From Nanobdellota archaeon (GTDB lineage Archaea > Aenigmatarchaeota > Aenigmatarchaeia > QMZP01), in contig JBDRJQ010000020.1 in assembly GCA_043814765.1 (NCBI GenBank), positions 3,028 to 67,027 on the forward strand: a stretch of 64,000 bases of DNA, given 5' to 3'. This document shows, piece by piece, positions 36,621 to 46,819 of the stretch. Below the pieces are notes generated by a model, which had not been told where the DNA came from, searched no databases, and saw nothing but the letters and a program-made list of their open reading frames with translations. A program made the position numbers and the translations under genes. The stretch's first letter is position 1; every line of letters starts with the position of its first letter.

Positions 36621-36982
36621 GCACAGCGCTGCCATGGGTTTTTATCGGAGTATTAGCAGGATTGATAATAACATTGGGTTTAGTTCTATTTTTATTTAAA
36701 AGAAAGAAAGGTGTTGCAGGACAGGATCCGGATTATAGATCATTTTTTTTAATTGGATTATCATGGCTTATTATTGGAATACCTTTTATCTTTATTTATG
36801 ATATGGCTTTCAATGGATTATTTATAATGGGATTAATATTCTTCATAATGGGTGCAGCAAACTTTAAGAAGTGGAATAAAAAACCAATAACAAAAAACCA
36901 AAAGATAGGTTGGGCATTGACTTTTATCGCGATGATTATATTACTAGCTTTTGTTTGGTTTGTTAATATACTAAATCAATAA
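36617..36982 (+). CDS. membrane protein coupled to the HTH regulator
   Basis: Four hydrophobic spans. A 4-nt overlap with the upstream gene. Confidence 0.5.
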   Translation: MSTALPWVFIGVLAGLIITLGLVLFLFKRKKGVAGQDPDYRSFFLIGLSWLIIGIPFIFIYDMAFNGLFIMGLIFFIMGAANFKKWNKKPITKNQKIGWALTFIAMIILLAFVWFVNILNQ

Positions 36983-36990
36983 TTAAATAA

Positions 36991-38163
36991 TCATTTTAGC
37001 AGCTCTAATTCATCTTCTGTGATTTCCAAGTGGTTTATGATTTCTTTGTTCATAAATTGTTTCAGGTAAGGCAAATAACCAGATTTTACTGTTCTCGTCG
37101 AACAGTGTAGTGTTGCGCCCAGGCGAGTGCATAATCCCTTCATAACAGCCCGCTTCATTCTAGTTCTTCCAAGCTCAATTAACCGCTTAGGTGGTTTATA
37201 GGCTACATAGCCATGATCACTATGCGACTTTGCGAGTGATATGCCTGAAATCATGTCAACCATAAAGGCCTTGAACCTCCAGTTCTGTTGTTTCATGACA
37301 CGATTTCTGAAGATGTCAGCCTTTGATAGTATATCATAAGCCTTTATTATTTCTTCTGGGGATCTGAAAATCATTGAAGCGTTGCTCTCAATCCACCATA
37401 AAATCTCATCAGGATCTTTATCACTGTCAAAAATTGCTTTACGAGTTGCTTTTATGTTTCTAGAATTGAATACAGCAGGCATGATGTCAAAAATACTAGA
37501 CTTCCTCTCCCTGTAGCCCAAAACTTCCAATGAGGCATTATCTATGCATTTCTTACCAGCGCAAACCATGTGCAGATCACTTATTGCAGATCTTATATCT
37601 CCTTGTGACCAGCGTGCTATATGTTTTATTGTTTCACCCTCTGGTTTTATTCCCTCCAATGAACATATTTCATTGAGTTTCTTTTCAATAGAAGCACTGT
37701 GCACCTTTGAAAACTTTACAAGTTTGCAATAGTTTCTAAGAGGTTTTAGCTTATTTTTCCAAGGATCGTTTGCTATGAGCACTACAGGAAATGAAGAGTT
37801 TTTTATCAGTTTTATTATAGCTGTTACAGCTCCTCTGTCATTGCCTGATATGCCGTCAACCTCATCCAGAAGTATTATCTTACCTTTATGAAAAAGTGAG
37901 TGAGTTTTAGCTCCGGAAAACAGGCTTTCTATCTCCTCTGCGTTGCGCTTGTCTGAAGCATTAAGCGCAATCAAATGAAGCTTGTTTTCGTTGGCAAGAG
38001 TCTCTATTAACAGAGATTTACCCACGCCTGGCGGTCCATGAATAAACAACGCTTTTCCAGGCTTCCATTCCCTGAACCATGTTAATGCTTCATCTATGCC
38101 TTTCTTCTGACTGATTATATTCTCTACTTTTCCAGGCTTGTATTTGTCTGTCCACGATTCCAT
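36991..38163 (-). CDS. rfcL: replication factor C large subunit
   Basis: Contains WTDKYKP, Walker A GPPGVGKS and Walker B LLDEVDG. Confidence 0.8.
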   Translation of the reverse strand: MESWTDKYKPGKVENIISQKKGIDEALTWFREWKPGKALFIHGPPGVGKSLLIETLANENKLHLIALNASDKRNAEEIESLFSGAKTHSLFHKGKIILLDEVDGISGNDRGAVTAIIKLIKNSSFPVVLIANDPWKNKLKPLRNYCKLVKFSKVHSASIEKKLNEICSLEGIKPEGETIKHIARWSQGDIRSAISDLHMVCAGKKCIDNASLEVLGYRERKSSIFDIMPAVFNSRNIKATRKAIFDSDKDPDEILWWIESNASMIFRSPEEIIKAYDILSKADIFRNRVMKQQNWRFKAFMVDMISGISLAKSHSDHGYVAYKPPKRLIELGRTRMKRAVMKGLCTRLGATLHCSTRTVKSGYLPYLKQFMNKEIINHLEITEDELELLK

Positions 38164-38204
38164 ACCGTATAATTCGATCTAACGGTTAAATTGTTTAACT
38201 TGCA

Positions 38205-39029
38205 TCAGCAGTTGTTGTCAACAGTGTAATTGCAGCCGCCTGGACAGAAGCCGTCATCGTTTACGCACTCTGATATTACTATGTTACGGCAGTGCCTTGG
38301 AGTTCCAACACATATATCCTTGGTAGTGTCGTCACCGTCATCGCAATCAAAATGGAAATTGCACTTATCTTCAAGTATATTTGCACAATGCGATTTAGTT
38401 GTTCCACCGTAATTGCATACATCTAGTGTTTCATCATTACCGTCATCACAAGCCGAATCATCACAGCATTTATAATTAAGGCATTGATGATCCTTTATGT
38501 ACTGACAGTTGCCACATACTATGTTTAAACATTTGTTGTCTTGACAAAATTGGTTACCTAAACAAGCCGAATCATCACAACACTTGTAATTCAAGCACCT
38601 GTTATTAGAAAAATATTGGCACTCTCCACAGATTCCTTCAGTGCATACATTGTTTTCGCAAGGTCCTCCACCAAAACAGCCTGTATCTTTACAGCAAGTT
38701 TCTGGTGTTTCGCCTCTTTCAATAAAACCGTTTCCACATATGGGTGTAGAATAAGATATTATTAGAACTATTATAGCGATTGAAAAAATAAAAATAATTA
38801 TCATTAAGATGGTTTTAGCATCAGTAGGTCTTCTAACCTTAGGCACTTCTTTAATTTTCTGCGCTTCTTTTACCTCTTCCCTTTTTTTCTTATTTAAAAT
38901 TTGCTTAGCAGTCTCATCAATTTCCTTTTCAGACCATGCATTTTGCATTAAAGCTTCCTTTATCTCTTTGATTTTCTTACCTTCTTTTAATTTTTTAATT
39001 ATATGCTTAACTAGATTCTTGTCTGCCAT
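38205..39029 (-). CDS. membrane-anchored Cys-rich surface protein with internal tandem repeat
   Basis: A Lys-rich cytoplasmic N-terminus is followed by one TM (ILMIIIFIFSIAIIVLII). The repeat is CGECQYFSNNRCLNYKCCDDSAC / CGNCQYIKDHQCLNYKCCDDSAC. Confidence 0.6.
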   Translation of the reverse strand: MADKNLVKHIIKKLKEGKKIKEIKEALMQNAWSEKEIDETAKQILNKKKREEVKEAQKIKEVPKVRRPTDAKTILMIIIFIFSIAIIVLIISYSTPICGNGFIERGETPETCCKDTGCFGGGPCENNVCTEGICGECQYFSNNRCLNYKCCDDSACLGNQFCQDNKCLNIVCGNCQYIKDHQCLNYKCCDDSACDDGNDETLDVCNYGGTTKSHCANILEDKCNFHFDCDDGDDTTKDICVGTPRHCRNIVISECVNDDGFCPGGCNYTVDNNC

Positions 39030-39072
39030 AAAAACTCTTTTTATAAATTGATATTTTTTCTATAAATCTCTG

Positions 39073-39987
39073 CTAATCATTTTCCTTTACGTACTCGTAT
39101 GCAGAAGTAGATGCAATTGCGCCGTCTCCGCAGGCTGTTATCATCTGCTTTAATGGGCCATTAGTGCAATCTCCTGCAGCGAACATGCCTCCAACATTGG
39201 TTTTCATTTCTTTGTCAACCACTATGAATCCCCGATCATCAACCTTTATTTTTAGTTTTCTTGCAAGCTCTGATGTTGGCACGCTACCTATTTCTATGAA
39301 AATTCCTTCTACGGGTATCTCAGTTTCCTTTTTTGTTTTAACATTGCGAACAGTTATTGATTTAACTGTTCTATCGCCCTTTATCTCAACAGGAATTGTA
39401 TTCCACATAATCTTTACGCTTGATTTTTCAAGTCGTTTAACCAGCGATTCAATAGCTCTGAATTTATCACGCCTGTGCATGATTGTAACCTCTTTTGCAC
39501 CGATATTTTCTATCATCAAACAGGCACTAATAGCTGCATCTCCACCGCCAATAACAACAACTCTTTTTTCCTTGAAAATAGGACAATCGCAGGTTGCACA
39601 GTAAGAAACACCCTTTCCGCTGAATTCTGCTTCTCCTTTTATGTTGGTTTTTCTGTGTTTTGCTCCTGTCGATATTATAACAGAACGACCATTATACTCA
39701 TTTTTATCGGTTTTTACGACAAAATGTTTCTTAATTTTTGTTATTTTAAGCACTTCTTCTTCTATTATTTCATTGCTTAGCTTCAAAGCATGATCTTCTA
39801 GTTTTTTCATTAATTGCATACCACTCAAATTCATAATGCCGGGATAATTGTCCACGTTTGTAGCTTCTGTCATTTGTGACAGCTCGCTTGGATTGCTAAG
39901 AATAAGGGTCTTCAGGCCTCTTCTAACAGAAAATACACCAGCTGTTAAGCCTGCTGGACCTTTTCCAATAATTATAATATCGTACAT
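39073..39987 (-). CDS. trxB: thioredoxin-disulfide reductase
   Basis: FAD site is IIIIGKGPAGLTAG, redox CATC is in YCATCDCPIF and the NAD(P) site is VIGGGDAA. Confidence 0.85.
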   Translation of the reverse strand: MYDIIIIGKGPAGLTAGVFSVRRGLKTLILSNPSELSQMTEATNVDNYPGIMNLSGMQLMKKLEDHALKLSNEIIEEEVLKITKIKKHFVVKTDKNEYNGRSVIISTGAKHRKTNIKGEAEFSGKGVSYCATCDCPIFKEKRVVVIGGGDAAISACLMIENIGAKEVTIMHRRDKFRAIESLVKRLEKSSVKIMWNTIPVEIKGDRTVKSITVRNVKTKKETEIPVEGIFIEIGSVPTSELARKLKIKVDDRGFIVVDKEMKTNVGGMFAAGDCTNGPLKQMITACGDGAIASTSAYEYVKEND

Positions 39988-40039
39988 AACATCCTCTCAT
40001 CAAACTGATTTAGATATTGGTTTAACTGGTTTTTTAAAC

Positions 40040-40621
40040 TTATATCTTTCTTACGTCAATCACAGTTTTGTTTCCTATTACCCCGTTGTTGGTTGCTATC
40101 AATGTTTGAGTACCTAACTGGAATATGCTAACACCAGTTATATTAAAGGTGCTGTATTCCAGCAAAATCTTTAAAGGTAAATATAACCCCATTCCATAAG
40201 AGAAGCTGGGTTCAAAGAAAGTGAAAAAACTGCTAGTTTCTATTTTGGATATGTCATCTTCTATTGTTTTCCAGTCGCCTTTTGTAAATGCCAGAAGCAC
40301 CTTGGAGTTTGTAAAAGAAACATTTATTCCAATAGTATGAATGTTTCCATTACCGTCAACAAGCAATGAGTTGAACTGATTATTTGAGAACACTAAAGCG
40401 CTTAGTATGTTGGTGTTGTTATAGGAAGCTATGTACTTATGTGTTGGACTAGAGAATATGTTTTCTGAACCCCAATCACTAGAGTTGCTGGTATCATTGC
40501 CTGGTATGTAAACTGTGTTCTCAATGTTGTTTAAAGATAATTTTATTTGAACGCTATGATCTGCCTGCACTAAAGGCAACATCAACATCAACAGCAAAAA
40601 CACAAAAATAATCCAGCGCAT
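40040..40621 (-). CDS. secreted hypothetical protein
   Basis: Signal-like MRWIIFVFLLLMLMLPLVQA. Its start abuts the stop of the upstream gene. Confidence 0.45.
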   Translation of the reverse strand: MRWIIFVFLLLMLMLPLVQADHSVQIKLSLNNIENTVYIPGNDTSNSSDWGSENIFSSPTHKYIASYNNTNILSALVFSNNQFNSLLVDGNGNIHTIGINVSFTNSKVLLAFTKGDWKTIEDDISKIETSSFFTFFEPSFSYGMGLYLPLKILLEYSTFNITGVSIFQLGTQTLIATNNGVIGNKTVIDVRKI

Positions 40622-41317
40622 CTACCACACCATCGTTCTTATTAAAACACGGTTATCATCGTCTAGTATCTTGTTCCAAACCTCTTTTACGTATACGTTT
40701 GTGGAGTTTGGAGGAAGCAGGCCAAATATGTTGCTTACAGTTTCGTTTACTTCCAATTCAACTCTAAATGGCCTGTTTATGCTCAGATTACCCTGTATGT
40801 CATAGTAAGACATAGCGTTCAATTCGTTTATTTTTGTCTGTGAGACCATCAACATTTTCTCCTTTGCGCTGGGTTTTAGTTTAATATCTCTACTAAGAGG
40901 CGTATCAGGATTGCAGAAAGAACTACCGCTTATGTTCTGAAATTTAATAGTAAACTCTGTGTTGTTTGATGGTGTAACTATTGCTTGAAACAAGACTTGA
41001 TTCGTTCTCACTTCACAGGAAACAGCGGATATCAAAACACCCTCTTTGTACACTCTTGTTGAGAAATTAGTGCCTTCTGGAAAATCCATATCCATATAGA
41101 AATTGAATGTTCCAGCTCCTAGTTTAGATGTGTTTGTATAATTCGCATAAACTACGTAAGTGTCAGTTGTTAGATAGTCAACAAATTTGTCACTTATACT
41201 GTTTAAAACATCGGATAGTGGCTCTGTTTTAAAATCAAAGAAATCAGCATAGAAAGTAAAAGACCACGCAACTACAGCAATAAACATGCCAATAGCAACC
41301 ACCCAATCAATATTCAT
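40622..41317 (-). CDS. N-terminally anchored hypothetical protein
   Basis: N-terminal TM is WVVAIGMFIAVVAWSFTFY. No family recognised. Confidence 0.45.
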   Translation of the reverse strand: MNIDWVVAIGMFIAVVAWSFTFYADFFDFKTEPLSDVLNSISDKFVDYLTTDTYVVYANYTNTSKLGAGTFNFYMDMDFPEGTNFSTRVYKEGVLISAVSCEVRTNQVLFQAIVTPSNNTEFTIKFQNISGSSFCNPDTPLSRDIKLKPSAKEKMLMVSQTKINELNAMSYYDIQGNLSINRPFRVELEVNETVSNIFGLLPPNSTNVYVKEVWNKILDDDNRVLIRTMVW

Positions 41318-41399
41318 GTATTATTTTTGGTTTTGACTTGTTATATTGTTTCTTGGAGTGTGTTTTTAGTATTTATTTATAAAAAACAAAATTAACTAT

Positions 41400-41783
41400 A
41401 TGGATATAAGTGATAGAATGACTAAAACAAAACTCTTTTTAAAAAATCATCTTATACTTGTTGTTATAGTTTTAATACTGATTCTTAGTGCAGCCTATCT
41501 TGTAACTTTTGGTTTGGTTTATGTATCCTTTTCAGAGCCTGCTGCACCCAATACCCTTCCTTCTGGAACTAGGTTTTGTGTGGACTATGATGGAGGATTA
41601 GAATTTAGCGTAAAAGGAAAAACCACGCTTACAGAGGGAACTTCTATAACAGAGAAAATCGATTATTGCGTAGATGGCAGCAACGAACTGAGAGAATTTT
41701 ACTGCGAAAGCAACAAAATTAATAGCATATATGTTGAGTGTACAGGGCATGGTTCACGGTGTTCTGATGGCGCCTGCGTTTAA
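41400..41783 (+). CDS. membrane-anchored protein with one copy of a Cys-containing module
   Basis: One TM, then CVDYDGG...KG...DYC...LREFYC...VEC...RCSDGACV. Confidence 0.5.
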   Translation: MDISDRMTKTKLFLKNHLILVVIVLILILSAAYLVTFGLVYVSFSEPAAPNTLPSGTRFCVDYDGGLEFSVKGKTTLTEGTSITEKIDYCVDGSNELREFYCESNKINSIYVECTGHGSRCSDGACV

Positions 41784-41813
41784 GCTTTTATTTTCTTATG
41801 ATTAATATACTAT

Positions 41814-42395
41814 ATGGCTAAAAAGAAACAGCTAAAACTAACACAAAACCAATTAATTTTGAGTCTCATGTTAATAATATTGTTAATTTCATCGATTGCT
41901 TTTGTTGCAGGGTTTGGTGCGATTAATATTGGTCGTGGAAGCGAACCACTTGCACCCACACGCTGTGCTGATAGTGATGATGGTTCCAATTACCAAACAA
42001 AGGGAACAGTGGAATATCTAGAAGAACCACTACCTGTGCAGTATTTTACAGATCGATGCTTAAGAGGCAGTATTTTAATGGAATATTCCTGTGATGATAA
42101 TAGAGTTGAATCAGTAGAATATGACTGTGTTTTAGAAGGATCATCGTGTTCTGATGGCGCCTGTGCATCAATAACCCATTGCGAGGAGACTGATGATGGA
42201 ATAAACAAATTTGAAAAAGGTACAGCTATATTCAAACTGCCTGACTTGCCTCCAGAATATTACACAGATAGATGCGAAGATTCCACACAACTGAAAGAAT
42301 ATTACTGTAATCAAAACATATTGGAAGAGATTGTTATAGACTGCGTATCATCAAGAGACAAGACGACTAAATGCATTCAAGGCGTTTGCGTATAA
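41814..42395 (+). CDS. membrane-anchored protein with two copies of the same Cys-containing module
   Basis: The modules are CADSDDGSNYQTKG...TDRC...LMEYSC...YDC...SCSDGAC and CEETDDGINKFEKG...TDRC...LKEYYC...IDC...KCIQGVCV. Confidence 0.5.
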   Translation: MAKKKQLKLTQNQLILSLMLIILLISSIAFVAGFGAINIGRGSEPLAPTRCADSDDGSNYQTKGTVEYLEEPLPVQYFTDRCLRGSILMEYSCDDNRVESVEYDCVLEGSSCSDGACASITHCEETDDGINKFEKGTAIFKLPDLPPEYYTDRCEDSTQLKEYYCNQNILEEIVIDCVSSRDKTTKCIQGVCV

Positions 42396-42397
42396 TC

Positions 42398-44587
42398 CTA
42401 CTCTTCATCCTCTTCTTTTACATCTTTTATGCCCTTTCTTTCCTTAATTTGATTGACTATCTTTTGTTCAAGGTCTTTTGGAAGAGGTTCATAAACAACA
42501 TCTATTAGCCAATAGAAACCCTGTCCGCCTGTGGCTGATTTAAGATCAGAGTTGAAGCCAAACATCTCTGCAACAGGCAATTTGCACTTTATAGTTGTTG
42601 TGCCGCGCTCATCGCTCATTTCAAGAACTTGACCACGCCTGTTGCTTATTTCTTTTATTGCTCCACCCATATTATCAGTTGGCACATCTATTCTAATAAT
42701 CTGCTTTGGTTCAAGCATGTATGTTTTTGCTCCTTTCATAGCATCTCTTACAGCACGTCTTACAGCAGGTATTACTTGTGCAGGCCCTCTATGTATTGCG
42801 TCTTCATGCAGTTTGGCGTCAACTAATTTTATTTTTATGCCAGCACATGGTTCTCTAGCCATAGGACCTTCTTTCATTGCTTCTATAAAAGACTGTTTTA
42901 CCATTTCCATTATTTCAAGAATTGCACCAACACCATGCGTGGTGTCAATAAGCATGCATTTGTTGTAGATAAGCTTTATCTTTTTTATCTCTTCTCTGTC
43001 CATTCCCAATTCTGCAAGCTGGTCATTCAGAGCAACGTTCTTTTTCTTTAGTTCCTGATCTGCTATCTCTCCACGAACCATTGCCCGGTAAACTTTATCT
43101 TCAAGTTTTTCTGCAACAATATAGAAACGGTTGTGTTTGTTTGGAGATTTACCTTCAACCGGTTCTGGCGTGATATTTTGTACGCTCTCCTTGAAAATAA
43201 CAATTGGTGGAGAAACACTAGCATCTATACCCATTTCTTTAAGCTTGTTTTCTATTTTTGCGTTGATGTGCAGTTCTCCAAGACCAGATACCAAATACTC
43301 GCCGGTATCTTCGTTTATGCTGACTCTTAGTGTTGGATCCTCTCTGCTGGTTCTCTTAAGCAACTCTATGAACTTTGCAAGGTCTTTTGGATGTTTTGGT
43401 TCAATAGCCTTTGTAACAACAGGCTCGAATATATGTGTTATTGATTCGAAACCCTCTATCATATAGTCAGGACTGCATATTGTTTCACCTGAACTAGCAT
43501 CCTTCAAACCAACTATGCCAACAATATTACCTGAAACAACTTCATCCATTGAAACTCTCTGTTGTCCCTTGTAAACTGAAACCTGCTGTACCCTTTCTTT
43601 CTTCTGTTTAGACAACAAATAAACATCCTGTCCTCTCACTATATTACCTGAGAATATTCTAACAGTTGCAACATAACCTGCATGCGGATCAGGATACATT
43701 TTTGTTACAACGCCTGCTAGTTTACCTTTAATGTTGCATGTATACATGTCCTTTCCTATTTCAGATTCCATATCACCCGGCCAAATCTTTTCTATCCTGT
43801 ATTTTTGGGCTTCAAGTGGATTCGGTAGATGCTTGATAACCATATCAAGAACAACAACATGAAGCGGAGCCTTTTCAGCCAGTTCTTTCTCTTTGGCTTG
43901 CTCGCTGTAATCTATAATACTCTTAAAAGAAACGCCAGCTTTCTTCATTAAAGGAATGGATATTGCCCAGTTCTTTACAGCAGAACCAAATGCAACAGAA
44001 CCGTCGTTTACGTTGACCTGCCACGCTTCTTTATACCGATCTTCTGAATACTTCTTAATAAGAAGGTTTACTTCTGTTATTATCTTTAGGAACTGCTCCT
44101 GCATCTGTTCAGGTGTTAACTTAAGTTCCTTTATGAGCCTGTCAACCTTGTTAATGAATAGCAAAGGTTTAACTCTTTCTTTTAGAGCCTGCCTGATAAC
44201 TGTTTCTGTTTGAGGCATCACACCTTCCACAGCATCTGCCAGAACTAACACACCGTCCACAGCTCTCATGGCCCTTGTAACATCACCGCCAAAATCAACG
44301 TGACCTGGCGTGTCAATAAGATTGATTAAAAAATCTTCGTCATTATATTCATGAACCATTGAAACATTAGCTGAGAATATTGTTATACCTCTTTCCTGTT
44401 CTTGTTTATCGAAATCCATTACCAGCTGTTTACCTGCAAGATCTGTTGACATCATTCCTGCACCAGCAAGTAAGTTATCAGTTAGAGTTGTTTTACCATG
44501 GTCTATGTGAGCTACTATGCCTATATTTCTAATATGATCTTGATTTGACATTAATTTTTGTACGAGTTCTGCTTTATCTTTTGCCAT
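42398..44587 (-). CDS. fusA: translation elongation factor aEF-2
   Basis: Contains IRNIGIVAHIDHGKTT, DTPGHVDF and the diphthamide-loop context LHEDAIHRGPAQ. Length is 729 aa. Confidence 0.95.
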   Translation of the reverse strand: MAKDKAELVQKLMSNQDHIRNIGIVAHIDHGKTTLTDNLLAGAGMMSTDLAGKQLVMDFDKQEQERGITIFSANVSMVHEYNDEDFLINLIDTPGHVDFGGDVTRAMRAVDGVLVLADAVEGVMPQTETVIRQALKERVKPLLFINKVDRLIKELKLTPEQMQEQFLKIITEVNLLIKKYSEDRYKEAWQVNVNDGSVAFGSAVKNWAISIPLMKKAGVSFKSIIDYSEQAKEKELAEKAPLHVVVLDMVIKHLPNPLEAQKYRIEKIWPGDMESEIGKDMYTCNIKGKLAGVVTKMYPDPHAGYVATVRIFSGNIVRGQDVYLLSKQKKERVQQVSVYKGQQRVSMDEVVSGNIVGIVGLKDASSGETICSPDYMIEGFESITHIFEPVVTKAIEPKHPKDLAKFIELLKRTSREDPTLRVSINEDTGEYLVSGLGELHINAKIENKLKEMGIDASVSPPIVIFKESVQNITPEPVEGKSPNKHNRFYIVAEKLEDKVYRAMVRGEIADQELKKKNVALNDQLAELGMDREEIKKIKLIYNKCMLIDTTHGVGAILEIMEMVKQSFIEAMKEGPMAREPCAGIKIKLVDAKLHEDAIHRGPAQVIPAVRRAVRDAMKGAKTYMLEPKQIIRIDVPTDNMGGAIKEISNRRGQVLEMSDERGTTTIKCKLPVAEMFGFNSDLKSATGGQGFYWLIDVVYEPLPKDLEQKIVNQIKERKGIKDVKEEDEE

Positions 44588-44588
44588 G

Positions 44589-45257
44589 CTACTCTCCCAC
44601 TTTTATTACTTCTACCTTCTCTATTTCCGCAAACTTTACTGGGTAAATTTTGCTTCCCTCTTTCTTTATTGATCTTTGTATGTTGCCTGCTATCAGAGAA
44701 CTAATAAAATCATCTATTTTGGATTTCTTTGTTGCACCTGAAACCATTTCTTCGATTAAATTGCGAACCTTTCGCTGTATATTGGCTTCAATGTTATTGT
44801 TTAATATGGCTGTAATAGTTAATTGAAGTTTCCATCCGTCCTTTGTAGTAAAGTAACTTATTAGAGTTACTTTCTGGCTGCGTTTTCTAACGCTTCGCAT
44901 CATGAACTCTTTTGGAACAGTATAACCATTAAAACGTGTCATTGCGTTCTTGCCTTCTATTTTAACTATTTTGAAAACTATTTTCATCTGTTGTTTTGTT
45001 GGATGACCTATAATATCACTAAGATTAACATCCACGTTTCTATTTATCAGATTTTTGGGATCAGTGCATGGAGTTTCAGCTATTATTTTCTCACCAAACA
45101 TCTTAGGAGACAAAACAGTAAACCAATCCTTTCCTTTCCATTTCTTTACTGTTGGTTTTTTAGCTTCTGGCTTGTCTGATTTAGCTTCTTTTCTGTCCCC
45201 TTTTTCTTTGGATTTTTTATCCAACTGACTTTCTGTCTGTTTTTTCATATTATCCAT
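44589..45257 (-). CDS. rps3ae: 30S ribosomal protein S3Ae (eS1)
   Basis: Contains KKWKGKDWFTVLSPKMFGEK...GHPTKQQ...FKIVKIEG. Confidence 0.85.
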   Translation of the reverse strand: MDNMKKQTESQLDKKSKEKGDRKEAKSDKPEAKKPTVKKWKGKDWFTVLSPKMFGEKIIAETPCTDPKNLINRNVDVNLSDIIGHPTKQQMKIVFKIVKIEGKNAMTRFNGYTVPKEFMMRSVRKRSQKVTLISYFTTKDGWKLQLTITAILNNNIEANIQRKVRNLIEEMVSGATKKSKIDDFISSLIAGNIQRSIKKEGSKIYPVKFAEIEKVEVIKVGE

Positions 45258-45325
45258 TTCCTATTTATTGATTATATAATTATATAAGAATACAATATGT
45301 GCGCTATATTTATAAATAAAAGTGG

Positions 45326-46750
45326 TTAGACCCCTTTATTCTCATAAAATTGTTTAACAGCTTTTTCAACATTTTTAATGAAATCCTCTTCCTCACCCTT
45401 AATTATTGTTGCTCCAGCTGCTCCTGCATGGCCACCACCTTCAGCTTCCTTGTTTTTTATAGCGCTTCTTATAATTTCCTTAAGATTTAGCCCCTTTTCC
45501 ACAAGGTCATCGCTTGTCCTGGCGCTGACTTTCACTTCTTTTCCGCCCTCAACATCAGCCAGTGCAAAAACAGGTTTGTTAGGCAACATACCTGATCTGT
45601 GCATTATGGATGCAACATTTGATATTATGTGCTCTGAGATCTTGTTGCCTACAATTATAAACACTACATTGTCCTTTTCCTTTATCACTTCTTTATGAGA
45701 TTCGACCCAACTCAGAGCTTTTCCTATCCTTTTTCTATATTCCTTAAAAATTGGTTTTACTTCATCGAATGCCTTATTTTCATTGAGACATAGAGCAACT
45801 CCCAGATACGCCTTACCCAGTTTGCCACAAGAATTGAGCATTGTTGCAAATTCATTTGCATCTCTGAACTCATTCTTCTTATCTAACAGTTCGTATATGT
45901 CACCAAAAATCCAATCAGGATTTTCATGATTTGCTCTTATTCGCTCCTTTATTATTCCAGAAATCATCCTTTTTGTTTCCTCTTCAGATAGTTCTGCAAG
46001 TGTTCTCCAAGTTCCATCATTTCTTTTAATTTCTATGCCCATTTCTTGAAGGAACTGTACGCTACCAGACTCTGATTCTGATACGCCTGGTATATAAGGA
46101 TCCAACGAGTATTCTAGTGCTTTATGTAATGGCCTAGTGTATCTGCCCCATATCCTAATGCCTTTGGTGACCTTTATCTTGTTGATTATTTGAGCATCTT
46201 TTAGTATCTCTTTATTCAGCCCCATGAGCCCCCATTCAGAACCGATTGATCCTATCTGGGAATCTCCTATTGCTCCTACTACAGCCAAAGCACTAAGATC
46301 CTTATTTTCAGGATTCATTGATCTGGCTATAATATAAGCCATACCAGCACCTGAAACATTATCTCCCATACCAAAACTCATAGAATTTAAGTGCAAAAGG
46401 CCTTCTCGTTCACTTCCTTCTGTTTCATGGTGGTCTGCCACTATAATCTTTCTTTTGCCGTCTAGAAGATATTTGCCCAATAAATCAAGATACCCAGAAC
46501 CTAGGTCAGTAAATATGATAAGGCTCTCTTCACCGGCTGCAAGTTCTTTTATAAAATCCTCTTTTAACTGTTTCATAAAAGATAATCTAAAATCCTTTCC
46601 CTCACGAAAAAGAGCCCTGCTCATGATAGCAGCAGATGTTATACCATCACAGTCATAATGAGAAACAAGTCTTATCTTACCAGGGAACGAATTTATTGTT
46701 TCTGCTATATTTTTAGCCTTGTTTATCATTGATTCTATTTTCTTTAACAT
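45326..46750 (-). CDS. DHH-family phosphoesterase, RecJ/GAN-like
   Basis: Contains HYDCDGITSAA, VADHHE and GGGHAGAAG (DHHA1). The start is taken at MLKKIES. Confidence 0.75.
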   Translation of the reverse strand: MLKKIESMINKAKNIAETINSFPGKIRLVSHYDCDGITSAAIMSRALFREGKDFRLSFMKQLKEDFIKELAAGEESLIIFTDLGSGYLDLLGKYLLDGKRKIIVADHHETEGSEREGLLHLNSMSFGMGDNVSGAGMAYIIARSMNPENKDLSALAVVGAIGDSQIGSIGSEWGLMGLNKEILKDAQIINKIKVTKGIRIWGRYTRPLHKALEYSLDPYIPGVSESESGSVQFLQEMGIEIKRNDGTWRTLAELSEEETKRMISGIIKERIRANHENPDWIFGDIYELLDKKNEFRDANEFATMLNSCGKLGKAYLGVALCLNENKAFDEVKPIFKEYRKRIGKALSWVESHKEVIKEKDNVVFIIVGNKISEHIISNVASIMHRSGMLPNKPVFALADVEGGKEVKVSARTSDDLVEKGLNLKEIIRSAIKNKEAEGGGHAGAAGATIIKGEEEDFIKNVEKAVKQFYENKGV

Positions 46751-46819
46751 AAGATACAAATAAGCCTTTAATACGATTGGTACGCAAGACATTTAAATAT
46801 AAGAGGTAATAAATGTGTT

